Shown in pieces: positions 59,625 to 64,000 of a stretch of 64,000 nucleotides of DNA (positions within the stretch are counted from its first letter, which is position 1; every line of letters starts with the position of its first letter). The translations under genes were made by a program, and so were the position numbers. Source of the stretch: an uncultured bacterium (lineage in GTDB: Bacteria > UBA8481); NCBI GenBank assembly GCA_964499705.1, contig CAZCME010000016.1, positions 1-64,000 of the forward strand, given 5' to 3'. The notes beneath the pieces were generated by a model. The model had not been told where the DNA came from. It saw only the letters and a program-made list of their open reading frames with translations, and made no database searches.

Positions 59625-60394
59625 CGAAGACAAACGGCGGCGATTCAACATCCTCCGGCATTCTCCTGGGCGTCAATATCGATCACGTCGCGACGCTCCG
59701 GCAGGCCCGCCGCGGATCGGTTCCGGATGTCGTGGCCGCCGCGAGCGAGGCGATGGCCGGCGGAGCGGACGGTATCACGATTCACCTGAGGGAGGACCGG
59801 CGCCATATCCAGGAAGCGGACCTGGCCTCTCTCGTGCCGAAGTTCCGGGTGAACCTGGAGATGGCGGCCACGGAGGAAATGGTCGGATTGATCCTCGGCA
59901 GCGGACCGCGCCTGAAGCCCGTATCCGTCTGCCTTGTTCCCGAGAAGCGGGAGGAGCTGACGACGGAAGGCGGGCTGAATGTGGTGGGCAATTACGACAG
60001 GGTGCGGGCGGCGGTCCGGGATCTGAAATCCAGCGGGATCGTCGTCTCGCTCTTTGTCGAGCCCGATCCATGGCAACTCGACGCCGCGGCCCGTTGCAGG
60101 GCGGATTTCGTCGAACTGCATACGGGCCGTTATGCCCAGCTGTTTCCCGTGAATGCGGCCGCGGCCGAAGAAGAACGGCGCCGGTTGTTTCAGGGCGGGG
60201 AGACGGCCCGCAAGCTGGGTCTGCGGGTAAATGCGGGACATGGGCTTGATTTATTTAATGTTATGAGTATCCTTAATCTCACAGGCCTCGAAGAACTCAA
60301 TATAGGCTTTTCCATTGTCGCGCGTTCCGTCTTCACCGGCCTCAGGGCGGCGGTGGCGGAGATGAAGAAAGCGTTGAGCCCGGCTCCGCTGTAG
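59621..60394 (+). CDS. pdxJ: Pyridoxine 5'-phosphate synthase
   Basis: LGVNIDHVATLRQAR, HLREDRRHI, VELHTG, NAGHGL. Confidence 0.97.
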   Translation: MTKTNGGDSTSSGILLGVNIDHVATLRQARRGSVPDVVAAASEAMAGGADGITIHLREDRRHIQEADLASLVPKFRVNLEMAATEEMVGLILGSGPRLKPVSVCLVPEKREELTTEGGLNVVGNYDRVRAAVRDLKSSGIVVSLFVEPDPWQLDAAARCRADFVELHTGRYAQLFPVNAAAAEEERRRLFQGGETARKLGLRVNAGHGLDLFNVMSILNLTGLEELNIGFSIVARSVFTGLRAAVAEMKKALSPAPL

Positions 60395-60436
60395 CTGTTT
60401 CGGAGCGAGAAGTCATCACATCGGAGGAACAGGACT

Positions 60437-62611
60437 TTGAAGAGTAATTACGAGGAGCTCAGGTCAGCCCTTTTCGCCGACATGGCGGCGCTCTTCGAAT
60501 TCTTCTCCTACGACATCCAGTCCATTCTCGAACGCTGTATCCAGGCCGCACGGAACATCCAGGACTTCGAGGAATATGCGTTCGTCGTCCAGAATTCCTC
60601 GGGCGAGATCAGGACCTATCTGTCGGATGGCGTGAAGCTTCCGAAGAAAGATGTGTACGAACTCTCCGATTTCTATCCCGGCGAGTCGGCGCTCTATATC
60701 GTCGACGACGTCACGGACAAGACGCAGAACATTCTTTTCCACGCCGAAGGCGCGATCCGGTCCTACGCGATCATTCCGCTAATCACGCAGAACGAAGTCA
60801 TCGGTCTCCTGATACCCGCTTCGAGCCGGGTCGCGGCCTTCGAGGAAGACGCGCAGGATCTCTTCTTCTCTCTGGGGTCCTATCTCGCTGTCGCCGTCGA
60901 GAACATCCGCCATTACGAGCGGTCGCAGGAGCGCCTCAAGGTCCTCATCAGCCTCACGGAGAGCCGCAACGCCATTGCGGCCGCGGTCGACCTGGACCGC
61001 ATTCTGGCGAAGGTCGCGGAGGAGGGCTTGAAGACGCTGGGGGTGATGAGCATCGCGATTTACCTGCGCGACGAGACGGCGGGCGCCTGGGAACGCCGGG
61101 TCGTGAAATCGAAAATCCCCACCGCGCTCGGTCCGGCCCGCGTCATGCTCCAGGATCTCCCGCGCGAGATATCCTCCGCGATCTCGAAGCTTGAAATTCA
61201 TTTCATCTCCGGCGCCGCCGTCGAGAGCCTCGGGTCGTTCAAGTTCTCTCCCCGGTTCGGCACGGCCGTCATCGTGCCGCTGCGGATCGCGGAGACCACC
61301 TCCGGATTCATCCTGATGGAGACGACGAAGATCGACGGCGAGCGGCAGTACCTCATCCAGCTCTTCTCGGGCCAGGTCCAGGGAATCTTCGCCAACGCGA
61401 TGCTCGTGAAGGGGCTGACGGAGAAGACTTCCGAGCTGGAGCGATCGCACAAGCTCGTCCGCGAGTTCGCGGACGATCTCCAGAAGTCGAACGAGATGCT
61501 GGAGCGGCGCGTCAAGGAACTCTCCACGCTGCATGACGTCAACGCGGTTCTCGTCTCCAAAACCGATGTCAACGAGACGCTCCACTTCATCCTCGACCAG
61601 GCCTGCACGGTCATGAAGGCCGACAAGGGTTCCCTTCTGCTGCTGGATGGCGACCTTCTGACGGCCCGATGCACGCGCGGCATAGAAGCCGGATGGGACT
61701 TGAAGTTCAAGCTGGGCGAGGGAGTGGCCGGGTGGGTTGCGAAGATCGGCCAACCCCGGATCATCGAGAACATCCAGGCCGACCCGCTCTTCCGGCACAA
61801 GCCCGGCGGCGTGGCGCGCGAGGAGACGATGCTGGCGGTTCCCCTGGCCATCGACGGCAAGGTGATCGGCGTTTTGAACGTCGACCGGGAAGTGAAATAC
61901 GGCGTTTTCAGTTCCGACGAGGAGCGGCTCCTGATGTCCCTGGCCATGACCGCCGCTCGAGCCGTCGACAAAGCCCGGCTCTTCGACGACCTCCGCGACC
62001 TCCACCATGAAACGCTCGAGGCGTTCGCTCAGGCCGTCGACACCAAGGACGCGTATACGCACGGCCATTCGCGGCGAGTCAGCTACCTGTCCGTCCTGGT
62101 GGCGCGCATGCTGAGATTGACGGGCGATGAGATCGAGATCATCGGCAGGGCGTCCCTTCTGCACGACATCGGCAAGATCGGAATATCCAATTCCGTCCTG
62201 TTCAAGCCGGGACGGTTGACGGACGAGGAATACGAGATGATGAAGACGCACGTCATCTTCGGCGAGAATATCCTGAAGCCGATCAAACGCATGGCCGCCG
62301 AAGCGAAGATCGTGCGGCATCATCACGAGCGATGGGACGGAAGGGGATATCCTGACGGGTTGAAGGGCGAGGAAATCCCGATCGGATCCGCGATCATCGG
62401 CGTCACCGACGCATACGATACAATGACCTCGGACCGGCCCTACAGAAAATCGCTGGGCAAGGAAGTCGCGAAGGAGGAACTCCATCGCTGCGCGGGAACG
62501 CAGTTCAACCCGCTGGTCGTGGGCGCCTTCATGATGGTCGCCAGCCGCGACGACTTCAACATGGAAGACCTGGATCTCCATGCGGCCATGCAGGACTTCA
62601 AGGCCACCTGA
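60437..62611 (+). CDS. Multi-GAF HD-GYP phosphodiesterase
   Basis: About three GAF-like domains; GHSRRV, LHDIGKIG, HHERWDGRGYP. Confidence 0.92.
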   Translation: MKSNYEELRSALFADMAALFEFFSYDIQSILERCIQAARNIQDFEEYAFVVQNSSGEIRTYLSDGVKLPKKDVYELSDFYPGESALYIVDDVTDKTQNILFHAEGAIRSYAIIPLITQNEVIGLLIPASSRVAAFEEDAQDLFFSLGSYLAVAVENIRHYERSQERLKVLISLTESRNAIAAAVDLDRILAKVAEEGLKTLGVMSIAIYLRDETAGAWERRVVKSKIPTALGPARVMLQDLPREISSAISKLEIHFISGAAVESLGSFKFSPRFGTAVIVPLRIAETTSGFILMETTKIDGERQYLIQLFSGQVQGIFANAMLVKGLTEKTSELERSHKLVREFADDLQKSNEMLERRVKELSTLHDVNAVLVSKTDVNETLHFILDQACTVMKADKGSLLLLDGDLLTARCTRGIEAGWDLKFKLGEGVAGWVAKIGQPRIIENIQADPLFRHKPGGVAREETMLAVPLAIDGKVIGVLNVDREVKYGVFSSDEERLLMSLAMTAARAVDKARLFDDLRDLHHETLEAFAQAVDTKDAYTHGHSRRVSYLSVLVARMLRLTGDEIEIIGRASLLHDIGKIGISNSVLFKPGRLTDEEYEMMKTHVIFGENILKPIKRMAAEAKIVRHHHERWDGRGYPDGLKGEEIPIGSAIIGVTDAYDTMTSDRPYRKSLGKEVAKEELHRCAGTQFNPLVVGAFMMVASRDDFNMEDLDLHAAMQDFKAT

Positions 62612-62627
62612 TTTCAGTTCTCGAAGT

Positions 62628-62755
62628 AACCACGAAGACTCGAAGAAAAATAATTAATGTGATTTAGCGATGCAGATCCTACAATCGGTCTTAAGCAGAA
62701 AATCGAAAATGAAAGATTTGATTTCAGAATTTGGTGTCTTCGTGTCTTCGTGGTT
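62628..62755. repeat. MITE/REP-like element, family A copy 3
   Basis: AACCACGAAGACTCGAAG ... TTGGTGTCTTCGTGTCTTCGTGGTT. Confidence 0.75.
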
Positions 62756-62758
62756 ATT

Positions 62759-64000
62759 GTGAGCGGAAATAGCCCCGAGGAACATCGCGGCGAGCTGGAA
62801 GTCCGGCGCGCCAAGCGCGACAAGCTGGCGGCGGCGGGAATCGAGCCGTATCCCTGCCGGTTCGACCGCGTGGACACCGCGCGCGGGATCACATCTTCCT
62901 TCCATGATGACGCCCCCTCGAAAAACGCCGTGACGGCCGGGCGGATCCGCTCCATACGCGGCCACGGCAAGGCCTGCTTCATGACGATCGAGGATGAATC
63001 GGGCACGGTGCAGATTCACCTCAAGAAGGATGTGCTCGGGGAGCGTTACGGGATCGTCGCCGCTCTTGATCTCGGAGATTTCATAGGAGTCAGCGGGCCG
63101 GTCTTCCGGACCAGGATGGGCGAGATCACGGTGGAAGCCCGGGAATTGCGCTTCCTGTGCAAGGCGCTGGAGCCGTTGCCGTCGAAATGGCATGGTCTTG
63201 CGGACGTGGAGATCCGTTATCGGCGCCGCTATCTCGACATGATCTCCAATCCCGAAGTGCGGGGGCTTTTTCAGAAGCGCGCCAGGATCATCGCGGAAAT
63301 CCGCTCCTATCTGTCGCAGCTCGGGTTCATGGAAGTCGAGACTCCGATGATGCAGACCCTGGCCGGCGGCGCGTCCGCGCGTCCGTTCATCACGCACCAC
63401 AACACACTGGATATCGATCTCTTTCTTCGGATCGCTCCTGAATTGTACCTGAAACGCCTGATCGTGGGCGGCCTGGAGAAGGTGTACGAGCTGAACCGCA
63501 ACTTCCGCAACGAGGGGATGGACCGGAACCACAATCCGGAGTTCACGATGCTGGAGCTGTACCAGGCTTATTCGGATTATCACGGCATGATGGACCTTAC
63601 GGAGTCTCTGATCGCTCACGTGGCGGATCGCGAATCCGAAGGCGTCGCTATCGTTCCCGGATCCGATCCCGTGCAGAAGCTCTCGCTTGCGAAACCCTGG
63701 AAGCGCATCACGTTTCTCGATGCGATCGCCGCCGGCGGAGGCCCGAGGCTTGTCCCCGGCGATGCGGCCTCGGCGTTGCAGGCCGCGAAGGCGGCGCACT
63801 GCGAGCTTGCTACGGAAGATTATGCGGAATGCCTTGATGTTCTCTTCGGCCGTTTCGCCGAGTCGATCATCGTGGAGCCGACGTTCGTGATCGATTATCC
63901 GGTGGCGCTCAGCCCCCTGGCCAAGAGAAAGCCGGGCGAACCGGAATTGACGGAGCGCTTCGAACTCTACGTCGCGGGCATGGAGATCGCGAACGCGTTC
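62759..64000 (+). CDS. lysS: Lysyl-tRNA synthetase class II (runs off the window end)
   Basis: Absent from the ORF track; the frame from GTG 62759 gives GIEPYP, RYRRRYLD, LRIAPELYLKRL, FRNEG, HNPEFTMLE, ERFELYVAGMEIANAF. Confidence 0.96.
   Translation, partial: MSGNSPEEHRGELEVRRAKRDKLAAAGIEPYPCRFDRVDTARGITSSFHDDAPSKNAVTAGRIRSIRGHGKACFMTIEDESGTVQIHLKKDVLGERYGIVAALDLGDFIGVSGPVFRTRMGEITVEARELRFLCKALEPLPSKWHGLADVEIRYRRRYLDMISNPEVRGLFQKRARIIAEIRSYLSQLGFMEVETPMMQTLAGGASARPFITHHNTLDIDLFLRIAPELYLKRLIVGGLEKVYELNRNFRNEGMDRNHNPEFTMLELYQAYSDYHGMMDLTESLIAHVADRESEGVAIVPGSDPVQKLSLAKPWKRITFLDAIAAGGGPRLVPGDAASALQAAKAAHCELATEDYAECLDVLFGRFAESIIVEPTFVIDYPVALSPLAKRKPGEPELTERFELYVAGMEIANAF

Noticed and set aside
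60779-63799. Long minus-strand ORFs (600 and 381 aa)
   Set aside because: Shadows of the HD-GYP gene and lysS

Overview
High-GC bacterial chromosomal segment; taxon not assignable from the sequence alone. In order: (1) a type IV minor-pilin cluster (pilV/pilW/pilX-like) followed by a 1118-aa secreted protein with glycan-binding-like domains and a PilX-like C-terminus; (2) a GT-C membrane glycosyltransferase, an EamA-GH12 fusion and a pirin/DoxX/LysR unit; (3) a small accessory islet downstream of tRNA-His (wHTH + nucleotidyltransferase, AAA-DUF4143 ATPase, truncated metallophosphoesterase); (4) yceD-rpmF-plsX-fabD-fabG-acpP-fabF-rnc, without fabH; (5) a B12 radical SAM, a HAD, and a tungstate-type ABC operon interrupted by a deacetylase and a GNAT; (6) FapA/PilZ, a Liv ABC transporter, a degenerate HD-GYP, FecR and AI-2E; (7) a glycan locus (GH35, LacI, HTH-less LacI, GH-A, CBM proteins, GH116); (8) ftsH-folP-YcgR-cdaA-cdaR-pdxJ-HD-GYP and a partial lysS. 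Intergenic DNA carries several REP/MITE-like inverted-repeat elements, and many genes look leaderless. The best candidates for novelty are the apparently split PilX with a glycan-binding tip protein, the EamA-GH12 fusion and the headless LacI paralogue. All family calls come from motif recognition by eye; no searches were run.
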